A stretch of 64,000 nt of DNA from Candidatus Dojkabacteria bacterium. GTDB lineage: Bacteria > Patescibacteriota > Dojkabacteria > SC72. Each line of letters begins with the position of its first letter. Position 1 is the stretch's first letter. The stretch covers positions 251,685-315,684 of the forward strand of contig JACPFP010000003.1 of the NCBI GenBank assembly GCA_016182915.1, read 5' to 3'. The notes beneath the pieces are model-generated. The model was not told the origin of the DNA, ran no database searches, and worked only from the letters and a program-made list of their open reading frames with translations. Shown here one piece after another: positions 9,630-19,200 of this stretch. A program made the translations under genes and the position numbers.

Positions 9630-9878
9630 TTAGAGAAGCTCTATGAGAAACTCACTATCACCAGGTGCATAGCGGATAAGGGCGGTGAATGCATCCCCCA
9701 CTACGGAATCCCAGCCTAAAACTTCAAGAGTGTCTTGACCACTAGCAAACCTTGCCTGGTCACCCGAAATAATTTGAAGATCCGTAACTTCGCATCCTTT
9801 CTTGGACGCTAGTTCTGCTAGCGCATTTTCAACGACATCATTTTGAGGTTTTTCAAGATTTGGAAAGTAATCAGACAT
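9630..9878 (-). CDS. small hypothetical protein; possibly a remnant of a PfkB-family sugar-kinase C-terminus
   Basis: 82 aa. ...LEVLGWDSVVGDAFTALIRY resembles the PfkB C-terminal DTTGAGDAF signature region. It is too short to be an intact kinase. Confidence 0.3.
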   Translation of the reverse strand: MSDYFPNLEKPQNDVVENALAELASKKGCEVTDLQIISGDQARFASGQDTLEVLGWDSVVGDAFTALIRYAPGDSEFLIELL

Positions 9879-9939
9879 AAATACTTACATAAAAAATATG
9901 TGAGAAGGATTATAGGATACAGATGAGTGGATTGGCAAT

Positions 9940-10015
9940 GGTGGATGTGCTGGGATTCGAACCCAGAACCTAACGGTTAAGAGCCGCTTGCTCTACCAGT
10001 TGAGCTACACATCCA
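9940..10015 (-). tRNA. tRNA-Lys (anticodon CTT)
   Basis: Minus-strand 76-nt sequence GGATGTGTAGCTCAACTGGTAGAGCAAGCGGCTCTTAACCGTTAGGTTCTGGGTTCGAATCCCAGCACATCCACCA folds as a cloverleaf. Acceptor GGATGTG pairs with CACATCC. D-stem GCTC pairs with GAGC. Anticodon stem AGCGG pairs with CCGTT around the loop CTCTTAA. T-stem CTGGG pairs with CCCAG around TTCGAAT. The 3' CCA is encoded. Confidence 0.85.
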
Positions 10016-10064
10016 CGGCTAAATCTGTAGATAATATCAATATTATCTCATTTTTTCAATATCT

Positions 10065-11885
10065 TTACTTCATCCCTATATTCAATCTTATAACAGCTTT
10101 CATATAGAAACCGAAGGCAGGAATATAGAAAAGGAGGAGAATGAGGTTAAACAAGTTAGTACTTCTTTCAAAGGTATGTATTGCAACTACCAAACCCAGA
10201 AGTGTTACGAGAAGATTCAAGTACTTAATGAGGTGTATCGCTTTAAGTTTAGCCCTTTCTGACTTAACTTCTTTAGACATCATATCCATTGGATCGATAG
10301 GGATGGAGATATTCATTGGGTTACGCTTAGAAACAATTACCACATTACCTCTATATACCCTTTCATACTTCTCATCGACATCTTTTTTAACAATTATACT
10401 AGGAAATAGGTAACCTTTTCTTGAGACTATAATCCTATATCTACCTGTATCAAAATTACCTGTAAACCTTCCCTTGCCATCTGTAATATCTCTTCTAATT
10501 AAAGAATTATTATGATTATAGATAGAGACAAGAGCAAATCTAATTGGTTTTTTGCTCTCTCCGTCATATACAATTCCACACGGAGCTCCAGGTTTAATTA
10601 AGCCAATGAATTTCCAGATACGAGAGAAGAAGTAGGCTACAGCCATAGGCACAAGAGAAAGTCCTCCAAATAGAACGTAGATTGAAAGTATAACGGAGAG
10701 GAAAAGGAGAATAATACCTATTATAGTTAGATATATAGCCTTTATACTTACAAGATACCCAGTTATTAAGCTATCGAAATCATTAAGGAGAGAATTTGTA
10801 TTTTTAAACACATAGTTTATTACCTCAGTAAAGATGGGAATATCTATATCTGTATACTCTTTTAAGTGTATTTCAAATTCACAGTTTTGTGCCATATTCC
10901 CAGCCTGGTCTGAGGCCTCTACGCAGAAAACATACCTATCCCTGAAGTTCTGAAACAACCCTTTTTCAAGTTCGTCGAGAGATATAAGGGCAGTATAACT
11001 GCTACCTGTGGATTGTAGCGTTCCACACTCTTCCAGACCTCCAGTATTTTGACAATATAGACTTACAGACTGCAAAGTTAGATTATCAGTAACATTAAAC
11101 TTGAAAACTACTTGGTAACTCCCCCCTACTTTCTCAAGATCAGGAAGCTCAGTAGCAACAATAACTGGTGGTGTTGCATCTTGAACACTGAAAACTGAAT
11201 CAGACCACTCACTATACTCCCCTCCCGTATTGAGAGATCTAACACGATAGAAGTACATTTGAGAATTAGTGAGATTAGTAAAGGTGTATGATAATCCATC
11301 AAGTAGTGGCGAGGTTTGAACAACAGTACTGAAATCAGATTTATTTGAAACTTGCACCTGATACTCGTATACGGTATCAAGACCGTCTACTTCGAGCCAT
11401 TCTACAAGATTGCTTGATCCCTTTGTGTAGTATGGTTCAGGCTTGAATACTGGGGAAGGGATTGGAAATACGTATACATCAGCACTTACCTGGATAAGGA
11501 TATCTTCATCGTAGGTTGTATCCTTTGCTTTAACAGTGTAGACGCCAGGTGAGAAGTACCTAACCTTCCCGACTGCATATCCATCACTATCTGTCACAGG
11601 GGGTTGAACAAATTCAACCTCTTCAGAGGTATCTGAATATATGGAAACTGAATGTCCGGAGAGTGGGTTACTATTTCTATCCGTTATCCTAACCCTTACG
11701 TTCCTCCAAAGTCCAACCTCAGTATTCTCATTATCTATCTCTACCGTAGAATATGGATCTATATCTATAAATCCAGAAACCTGAGTCACAAACTCCTCAG
11801 CAGAGACATTATTCTTTAATGAAAAGAAACCAAGAAAAAGGCAAAGGAGAGTAAATATAATTTTATAGGCAGTTATCTTCTTCAC
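10065..11885 (-). CDS. hypothetical surface/membrane protein with signal peptide, fibronectin-III-like and carboxypeptidase-regulatory-like domains and C-terminal TM helices
   Basis: 606 aa. The N-terminal signal is FTLLCLFLGFFSLKNNVSA. The FN3-like segment reads YEYQVQVSNKSDF...YFYRVRSLNTGGEYSEWS. The CarboxypepD_reg-like segment reads RRDITDGKGRFTGNFDTGRYRIIVSRKGY. Several hydrophobic helices follow. Confidence 0.55.
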   Translation of the reverse strand: MKKITAYKIIFTLLCLFLGFFSLKNNVSAEEFVTQVSGFIDIDPYSTVEIDNENTEVGLWRNVRVRITDRNSNPLSGHSVSIYSDTSEEVEFVQPPVTDSDGYAVGKVRYFSPGVYTVKAKDTTYDEDILIQVSADVYVFPIPSPVFKPEPYYTKGSSNLVEWLEVDGLDTVYEYQVQVSNKSDFSTVVQTSPLLDGLSYTFTNLTNSQMYFYRVRSLNTGGEYSEWSDSVFSVQDATPPVIVATELPDLEKVGGSYQVVFKFNVTDNLTLQSVSLYCQNTGGLEECGTLQSTGSSYTALISLDELEKGLFQNFRDRYVFCVEASDQAGNMAQNCEFEIHLKEYTDIDIPIFTEVINYVFKNTNSLLNDFDSLITGYLVSIKAIYLTIIGIILLFLSVILSIYVLFGGLSLVPMAVAYFFSRIWKFIGLIKPGAPCGIVYDGESKKPIRFALVSIYNHNNSLIRRDITDGKGRFTGNFDTGRYRIIVSRKGYLFPSIIVKKDVDEKYERVYRGNVVIVSKRNPMNISIPIDPMDMMSKEVKSERAKLKAIHLIKYLNLLVTLLGLVVAIHTFERSTNLFNLILLLFYIPAFGFYMKAVIRLNIGMK

Positions 11886-12517
11886 TATGTCATCTCCAAA
11901 AGTAGGTTATCTATGTACTTATCAAGTGCAATTGTAAATTTAGTATTTGAGTAAAGCTCTCCATTAACGGCAATAACGTCATTAGTAGACCACTTTTTAC
12001 TACTATAACAATTTTCACATAGCAATACAAAAATAGAGAGCTGGAGATGGTTGAGTCCATCAGGCGCCCCACATATTCCACAGCTATGCATGCTATTTAT
12101 GAGCCCCTCTTCAATTAGGAAGAGTAGTCTAAACCTATTTGTAAGATCAGTTGTCAGATCTGACTTAATGGCTTTTACAAGGGCTTCATATATTTTCACA
12201 TACGCTTGTTCGTCAGGGATTAACCTACTTATTAATCTAAGAACTCTCGTACTATTTTTAACTTCAATCGTTGTGAAATCTGGAATATGCACAGATTTAG
12301 ATTCCAGAAGCAATGCCAATCCTTGCGCCTTGTAAAAGGAGATATCCGCAATAGAGAGGGTCTGCATATTCCCCCTATTCTTACTACTCAACCTCCTCAT
12401 TCCCTTTGCTAGTATTGAAAATTTACCGAATTCACGACCAAAAACCGTGAGTATTTTATCTGCTTCAGAGTAATTATTTGATTTTAGGATTACAATTTGA
12501 TCCCTATGTGTTCTCAT
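11885..12517 (-). CDS. recO: DNA repair protein RecO
   Basis: 210 aa. The N-terminal OB-fold region is ILKSNNYSEADKILTVFGREFGKFSILAKG. The C-terminal Cys4 zinc finger is CGICG...CENC. Confidence 0.75.
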   Translation of the reverse strand: MRTHRDQIVILKSNNYSEADKILTVFGREFGKFSILAKGMRRLSSKNRGNMQTLSIADISFYKAQGLALLLESKSVHIPDFTTIEVKNSTRVLRLISRLIPDEQAYVKIYEALVKAIKSDLTTDLTNRFRLLFLIEEGLINSMHSCGICGAPDGLNHLQLSIFVLLCENCYSSKKWSTNDVIAVNGELYSNTKFTIALDKYIDNLLLEMT

Positions 12518-12521
12518 TCAT

Positions 12522-13169
12522 CTATTCTACCGCACCTCTTCGGGTAATCATAACAATTGGAGTTTGAATGATGATTTTTATATCCTCAAGTATATTACGC
12601 CTACGAGCATAATCCGCTTCCATCTTATATCGTGCAGGAATAGTTATTGAGTTTCTACCGGAGACCTGCCATACACCTGTAAGCCCAGGCTTTACAGAGT
12701 ATGCTACGTTAACATCCTTCTCTGTGTCTGGGAACTCCGCAATATATCTATCAAGCTCTTCAGGGTATGGTGCACGTGGACCAACAATACTCATCTCGCC
12801 TTTCAAAACATTAAATAGCTGTGGAAGTTCATCTAGATCTGTCTTCCTTATAATTCTCCCAACCTTCGTTATTCTAGGGTCTTTATCGATATGTAGCTTT
12901 CCAATTTTCTTCCACTCCTTTTCAACCTCTTTTAATTCAGGATGGTTTTCCCAGAAATCTACATGAGCACCTGGAACCATAGATCTAAACTTATACATGT
13001 AGAAAGGCTTCCTTCCTTTCCCAATTCTAGTCCCAATATCGACAAAGACAGGGCCTTTTGTCCCATCAAACTTCACAGCTAAAGCAAAGAGAAGAAGTAT
13101 TGGGGAAAAAACGATAAGGGCAACAATGGCAACCAGAAGATCAAGAGCTCTTTTTAGAAAGGAATACAT
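12522..13169 (-). CDS. small monotopic initiating phosphoglycosyltransferase (bacterial sugar transferase, PglC/WbaP C-terminal-domain type)
   Basis: 215 aa with a single N-terminal TM helix. The hallmark motif DELPQLFNVLKGEMSIVGPR is present, as are KPGLTGVWQVSGR and the PR...P motifs. Confidence 0.85.
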   Translation of the reverse strand: MYSFLKRALDLLVAIVALIVFSPILLLFALAVKFDGTKGPVFVDIGTRIGKGRKPFYMYKFRSMVPGAHVDFWENHPELKEVEKEWKKIGKLHIDKDPRITKVGRIIRKTDLDELPQLFNVLKGEMSIVGPRAPYPEELDRYIAEFPDTEKDVNVAYSVKPGLTGVWQVSGRNSITIPARYKMEADYARRRNILEDIKIIIQTPIVMITRRGAVE

Positions 13170-14304
13170 CTTTCACATATGCATCAAATTTATATCTGAA
13201 AAGTTCAGAGGAAAACTGTTCCGCCTGCTTTCTACAATTATAGGGGTCGAACTGCTCAATATCAAATTCCTCAACAATCTTTGCAAGCTCTAACGCATTC
13301 CATTCATTGAAAAAAACACCTGTCTTTGGATTACTCTCAGATATAGTTTCCATAGTTCCCCCACTTCGAAGAGCGATAACTGGGACACCAGCAGCATTTC
13401 CTTCTACAGCTACAATTCCGAAATCTTCTTCTTTAACGGGAAAGATTAGTGCCTTGCATTTAGATAGGTGTTCGTATTTCTGTTCGTCTGGAAGAGGGCC
13501 TAGGAATTTTATAAGTCCCTTAGCATTAAGCTCTGTAACAAGGTTTTTCATATCTTCAATCTGAGTACCTGTACCAAGGATTTTTAATGGGACTCTTGCC
13601 TGTGCACACGCTGCAATTGCAAGATTAACCCCTTTATATCTCTCAACCCTCCCGACGTATAGAAACCAATTCTCTCTCTCATCGCTCTTTTTAAAAAAGG
13701 GTATACTTGCAACTTCCACAGGGGGATATATAACCTCTGTATCCAAGCCGTAGTACTCTTTAACCCTTTCCTTTACCGTATTTGATATTGAGATAACATA
13801 ATCGGCTTTCCTTGCAGCTTTTCTATCCCAATACTGCCATATCTTTTCAAGAACAGTATCCATGAAAAAGGCGTAGAAACGGTATGAGAATTTGGAGTCA
13901 TCTTTATGCGCCCTTCCCTCCTTCATCCAAAAGAATTTAGGGGGAGTTAAACAGTACAGGATGTGCTTAGTTTTTCGTCTCCATGGTCTTACATATTTAG
14001 CAAAACCTGATGAGACGGAAATTACAATATCAAAGCTAAGAAATGGAAATAGTCTGTATGCCCACGGATACAAGAGATATAACTCTTTTCTAAGGTACTT
14101 TTCAAAAGGTAGGTATTGGATAAAAGATTTAATAACTCTATTCTTTGGGAAGTTCTCTTTAATGAACTTAGGATCTGCAATTGAGGTATACAGCGTAGCA
14201 TCTGGATATAACTTTATAAGCTGGTGTACAACCTTTTCTGCACCACCTGATGTAAGGAGAGCATCTGATACAATTGCTACTCTAGGGTTTTCACGCTTTC
14301 TCAT
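13141..14304 (-). CDS. glycosyltransferase family 4 (GT-B fold)
   Basis: 387 aa. Its C-terminal half carries the GT4 EX7E-like region EDFGIVAVEGNAAGVPVIALRSGG. Confidence 0.8.
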   Translation of the reverse strand: MRKRENPRVAIVSDALLTSGGAEKVVHQLIKLYPDATLYTSIADPKFIKENFPKNRVIKSFIQYLPFEKYLRKELYLLYPWAYRLFPFLSFDIVISVSSGFAKYVRPWRRKTKHILYCLTPPKFFWMKEGRAHKDDSKFSYRFYAFFMDTVLEKIWQYWDRKAARKADYVISISNTVKERVKEYYGLDTEVIYPPVEVASIPFFKKSDERENWFLYVGRVERYKGVNLAIAACAQARVPLKILGTGTQIEDMKNLVTELNAKGLIKFLGPLPDEQKYEHLSKCKALIFPVKEEDFGIVAVEGNAAGVPVIALRSGGTMETISESNPKTGVFFNEWNALELAKIVEEFDIEQFDPYNCRKQAEQFSSELFRYKFDAYVKDVFLSKKSS

Positions 14305-15466
14305 AAATTCCTTTAATGTAATCTGTTATTTCTGATATAAAAATATCTTCTGTAAACTTTCGTGCTCTAATTATACACCATTCTGGTTTAATCTTGCTCC
14401 ATAGTTGTTTCTTTAGTAATTTTACAAGTTCATCGTATGTAGAGAAGAAGAAACCTGTCTTCCCTTCTACAACGGTTTCATTTAATCCTCCGACATTAAA
14501 TGCGAAAACAGGACTTCCTGAAGCCATCGCCTCAACGGGAATCAAACCAAAGTCTTCAATACCGCAAAAAAGGAGTACAGAGGAAAGTTTATGAATTGTA
14601 TGAGACTCCTGGTCATCAATATCATCAAGGAATATTACCTGTATACCCTTCTTATTGTTTTTTCTCACTATCTTTTTAAGATATGAGAGGTCAGGACCAC
14701 GACCAACAACAACAAGGTTCTGGCCTGCTTCAATGGATGCTCTTATTGCCCAATCCACATGTTTATAGTCAAAGAGCCTTGAGACAACAAGATTAAACTC
14801 ATCAGGAAGGTTATACTTTTCCTTAACCCTTTTCTGTTCCGCTTCCGAAATCTCTTTAAACCAGAATGCTTTTATTCCTGGGTATATAACCTTTGAGTTT
14901 CTTCTGTATCTTTTAAAAACTTTTCTTCGAATAAAGTTTGAAATGGATATAATATGATCCACTCTCTTTACTGCGGTCACATCCCAAATACGTATATAGC
15001 TCGATATAATTTTAGATCCAAGATAGTATATATTTCTAAGTATAGAGCCGCGTACATTAATATCATTGTCCCACTGATGACGTGGGGGGGTACATATGAT
15101 TGAGATATGTTTCTGGCTAGGGTATGTAATTACACCTTTTGAGGCTCCTGCGGAAACGGAAATAACTAGATCAAATCCTCTTAGATCAAACTGTTCGAAA
15201 AGGAAAGGGAGTAATACTGTAATCCTTCTTCCAATGCCCCATTTAAGAATACTACCAAAAAACTTAGGTACATGAACTTTGTTTTGCAAATTAGGATAGT
15301 TCGCTTTACTAAACGTAGAGGTATAAATCTCCGCTTGGGGAAAGATTAGAAGCAGGGATTCAATAACTCTATCAGATCCTCCAATGCTGTTAATAAATTC
15401 AGTTACAATAGCAACTTTTAGCTCTTTCATTGCAAGAAGTTTAACAAGACAGCAGATATAGCACAA
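14291..15466 (-). CDS. glycosyltransferase family 4 (GT-B fold); true start is probably MKELK at 15430
   Basis: 391 aa. The segment EDFGLIPVEAMASGSPVFAFNVGG is present. It begins 14 to 50 nt downstream of the stop of the giant surface-protein gene and is co-oriented with it. Confidence 0.8.
   Translation of the reverse strand: MCYICCLVKLLAMKELKVAIVTEFINSIGGSDRVIESLLLIFPQAEIYTSTFSKANYPNLQNKVHVPKFFGSILKWGIGRRITVLLPFLFEQFDLRGFDLVISVSAGASKGVITYPSQKHISIICTPPRHQWDNDINVRGSILRNIYYLGSKIISSYIRIWDVTAVKRVDHIISISNFIRRKVFKRYRRNSKVIYPGIKAFWFKEISEAEQKRVKEKYNLPDEFNLVVSRLFDYKHVDWAIRASIEAGQNLVVVGRGPDLSYLKKIVRKNNKKGIQVIFLDDIDDQESHTIHKLSSVLLFCGIEDFGLIPVEAMASGSPVFAFNVGGLNETVVEGKTGFFFSTYDELVKLLKKQLWSKIKPEWCIIRARKFTEDIFISEITDYIKGIYEKA
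15433..15461 (-). repeat. 3'-flank repeat caagaagtttaacaagacaGCagatatagCaca, a paralogous copy of 19865..19896
   Basis: The two copies are nearly identical 29 to 32-nt segments. Each lies immediately after the stop codon of one of the two giant surface-protein genes. Confidence 0.6.
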
Positions 15467-15480
15467 GAGAGAGGAAAAAC

Positions 15481-16263
15481 TTAGAGTTCAACTACATTAG
15501 CTCTCTTTCTGAAAAGGAAGAATGAGACCCCAGCAACTAATAGAATAGCAACAAGAACAAGAACTACGGTATTAATATTTAGTCCTTGGTCTGTATCCTC
15601 TTTAATCCTAATGACTATCCCCTTCTCCTGACTATCCTCGGCTATGACAATCTCCTGTTTTACAACCTTAGCACCGAGTACAAACTCTATGGTATACGTA
15701 CCAGGATCTAAATTCTCTACATAGATATATCCATTGCTATCTGTCGTATATACAACATTATCTATTTTAACCTGGGAATTTCTCAATGGAGTTCCGCCTG
15801 GGGATAGAATCTGCAATCTAGTTATATCAGGAGCAGTAGTATCAGGCTCAGAATCTTCGCCTTCTTCACCATCCTCCTCAACAGGAGGGGTTTCTCCATC
15901 ATCATCCGTATCTCCACCTGAGCCATCTTGATCATCTATCTCATCACCAAAAAGGTCATCAGGGAAAAATTCTTCACCTATAATCAAAGTTAAGGTACGT
16001 TCATCAGATTTATTTTCAACAGTGTCGGTAGAGTAGTAGGTTATTGTGTTTTCACCTAAGGTAAGTTCTGGAGTATCTAGCGTAATAGTGAAGTTACCAT
16101 TTGAATCTGCGTAGACAATATAACTTGTGCTTCCTTCTTTAAATACAACTTTTGAACCTGCTTCCGCCCTACCACTTATTTTAGGTGTTGTAGATGTGAA
16201 ATAGTATAGAAGATTATCAAGGTCTGGAATCGTAGTAATCAATCCTATACTTGTTATAACAAC
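15481..16263 (-). repeat. conserved C-terminal module, copy A (paralogous to 19913..20719)
   Basis: The ~260-aa tail VVITSIGLITTIPDLDNLLYYFTST...TTDSNGYIYVENLDPGTYT...FRKRANVVEL is shared with gene 2 at ~80% amino-acid identity with clear nucleotide similarity. Confidence 0.7.
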
Positions 16264-19200
16264 ATGATCTGGTGCAGAATTATCAAGAGTTATACTGTCT
16301 GAAAACGTACCGGATATATTACCCGCCCAATCCTTAAATTTAACATAGACAGTTTTCAAACCATCACCAGAAGGGAGTGTTATATTCTTTGATGTACTAT
16401 AATCCTCCCACTGAGCACCCACAAAACTCGAGCTTGTAGAAACCATCATCTCAGATACACCTGGGTTTGCATCAGTCGCATTGATTGTTAGAGATGCACT
16501 TCTTGAGGAGGTATTGGTTGCTCCTCCATTTATAACAACAGAGCCGACAGGAGCAGTTGTATCAAAACTAATCCTTACAAAGTTGGAGGCATTAGTTCCA
16601 TTTATTGTAGAGAAGCTTCCTGCAATATAAAGATCTGAGCCTGAACGCAACATATCCTGAATTGTTCCTAGGATAGAGATATCTCCATCCACATCTTCAA
16701 CATCAGTAGTTTGATCTATTCTAGAGAAAGTTTGGATACCACCAAGTAGGATATCAGAGCCATCTGGCAGTAGATCAAATACAGAGGAGACTGTTGTGGG
16801 GTTAAAATCGGCATCAGGATAGTTTGTAGACAAAGGCACCTTCGAAGCGAATGAGTCACTCTCTCCGTTTACCATTGAAGTATAGGCACCTCCTACGTAT
16901 AGGTCAGAACTACTTTTAGCAATTGATCTTACACTGGACTGGGCACTAGGATTGAAGCTCAAATCTGCTGTACCTGACGTGGTTGAAAGTTTTGCAATTC
17001 TGGAACGAGATTGGCCACCAATAGTGGTGAATTCGCCACCAACATACAAAGAAGATCCTGAAATGGCAAGAGTGTTTACCGTATTATTAGAGTTTGGACT
17101 AAATGTTCCATCAACTGCTCCTGTTGAAGCATTTAACTTAGCAAGCCTACCACTCGCAACACCATTAATCACACCAAAGGCACCGCCAACATATATATCA
17201 GAGCCAGAAACCTCCAAAGTACGGACAGAGCTTCCACCATCACTAGATCCAGAGATATTAAACGTAGTATCTAACGTTCCGCCTATTGTATCTATTTTCG
17301 CCAGACGCTGCCTTCCAGTCCCTCCAACTGTACTAAAGTATCCTCCAATATATAAGTCCGAACCGACCAATTGCATAGCGTATACCCAATGACTGACAGA
17401 AATAGTGAATGTAGCATCGCCAACTCCTGTATTTGCATTTAATCTTGCAAGATACGGTTTCGCCAAACCTCCAATTGATGTGAAATCCCCTCCCACATAT
17501 AAGTCAGAGCCTGAAATTGCAAATGACCTTACATAATTATTGGACGTTGCATTAAATCCTGTATCAGCCACTCCAGTTGTTCCATCTAGTTTTGCAATAT
17601 AGTTCAATGCTTCCCCTCCAATATTTGTAAATGCCCCACCTACATAGAGGGAAGAACCAGAAAGAACCATCGAAAGCACAGTACCATTGGAATCAGGATT
17701 AAAGTTACTATCTACAGACTTATCGGAGTTGATGTGAGCAATTCTGTTTCTGGCAACCCCACCTACCGAGGTAAAACTTCCTCCGATATACCATCCCCCG
17801 TTTCCATCGCTTATAACCTTCTCAATAGTTCCATTTGGCCTTGGCCAACCTGATTCAGGCATCAAAGAATCTATCTCATAATCAGCACCATATGCTACAT
17901 TTCTCCCGAGTTGCGAAAAGTGACCGCCTAAATATAAAGTGTCGTCAGTTACGGCAATAGATTCAACCCAATGGTTTGTAATCAGATCAAATCCAGAGTC
18001 ACCAGCTCCGGTCGTTGTATTAACTTTTGCTATAAACCTTTGGCCAGTAAGTCCTCCAATTGACTGAAAGTTTCCTCCGGCATACAAGCTGGAACCAACC
18101 AAATCAATCACGTAGACATCACCACTGGCATCAGGATTAAAGGTTGCATCGAGTACTCCTGTTGCATGGTTAACCTTTGCTAAACGATTTCGGCTCTGTC
18201 CATCGATAGAGGTGAAACTACCTCCAACATAGAGACTAGTTCCATCAGTATCAAAATCAAACACTTGAAAATTAGGGTTCAAAGAAAAGTTTGCGTCAGC
18301 CGCACCTGTAGTGATATTAAGTTTAGCAAGGTTAGTCAAAGTTTCTCCACCTATTGATGTAAAAGACCCTCCTACATATAAGTCACTCCCTATAAGCTCT
18401 AACGCATTTACAACGCCACTAGAATTGAGATTAGGATTAAAAGTTGTATCAAGAACCCCAGTATCAATATCAATTTTTGCAAGGCTTTTTCTTGTCGTTA
18501 CCCCAAGAGAGGTGAAAGCCCCTCCAATAAATAAGTTAGAGCCGTAAGTATCCACGGCTATAACATCATTATTTACCCTTGCGTCGAGGCTAGAATCAAC
18601 CAACCCCGTTAAAGGGTTAACTTTAATAAACGAGCCTACAAATTCGGTGTCAGAGTAATCGAAATATCCACCCAAATAGATATTATTTCCACTAATAAAA
18701 ACTTTTAATACCACATCGTCAAGAAGTGCGTTGAAATTGGGGTCTGCAACTCCAGTAGTAGGGTCAAGTTTAGCAACCGAAACAAGGTCTAAACCTCCTA
18801 TATAAGAAAACCATCCACCCACATATAAAGATCCATCAAGTAAGGCAAATGATTCAACGACAGAATCTGGGCCAGGGTTAAAAGTCAAATCAACTACCCC
18901 TGTGGTAGCATCTAATTTAGCTGCATAATTAAGCGCTTCACCACCAATTGTATCGAACGAACCGCCTACATATAAATCTGATCCTGACAGCAAAATAGTA
19001 ACAACTTCATCGTTTGGCTCAGGTGTAAAACTCATATCTACAACTCCAGTAGTAGAATTCAGTTTTGCCAAGGCAGTAACATTTTCCCCTCCTATGCTGA
19101 AAAAACCTCCTCCAACATATAGTGTGGAACCACTAAGAACCATGGTTCTGATAGCATCATCAGGGTTGGGTGCAAAGCTAGTGTCTACGACTCCCGTAGT

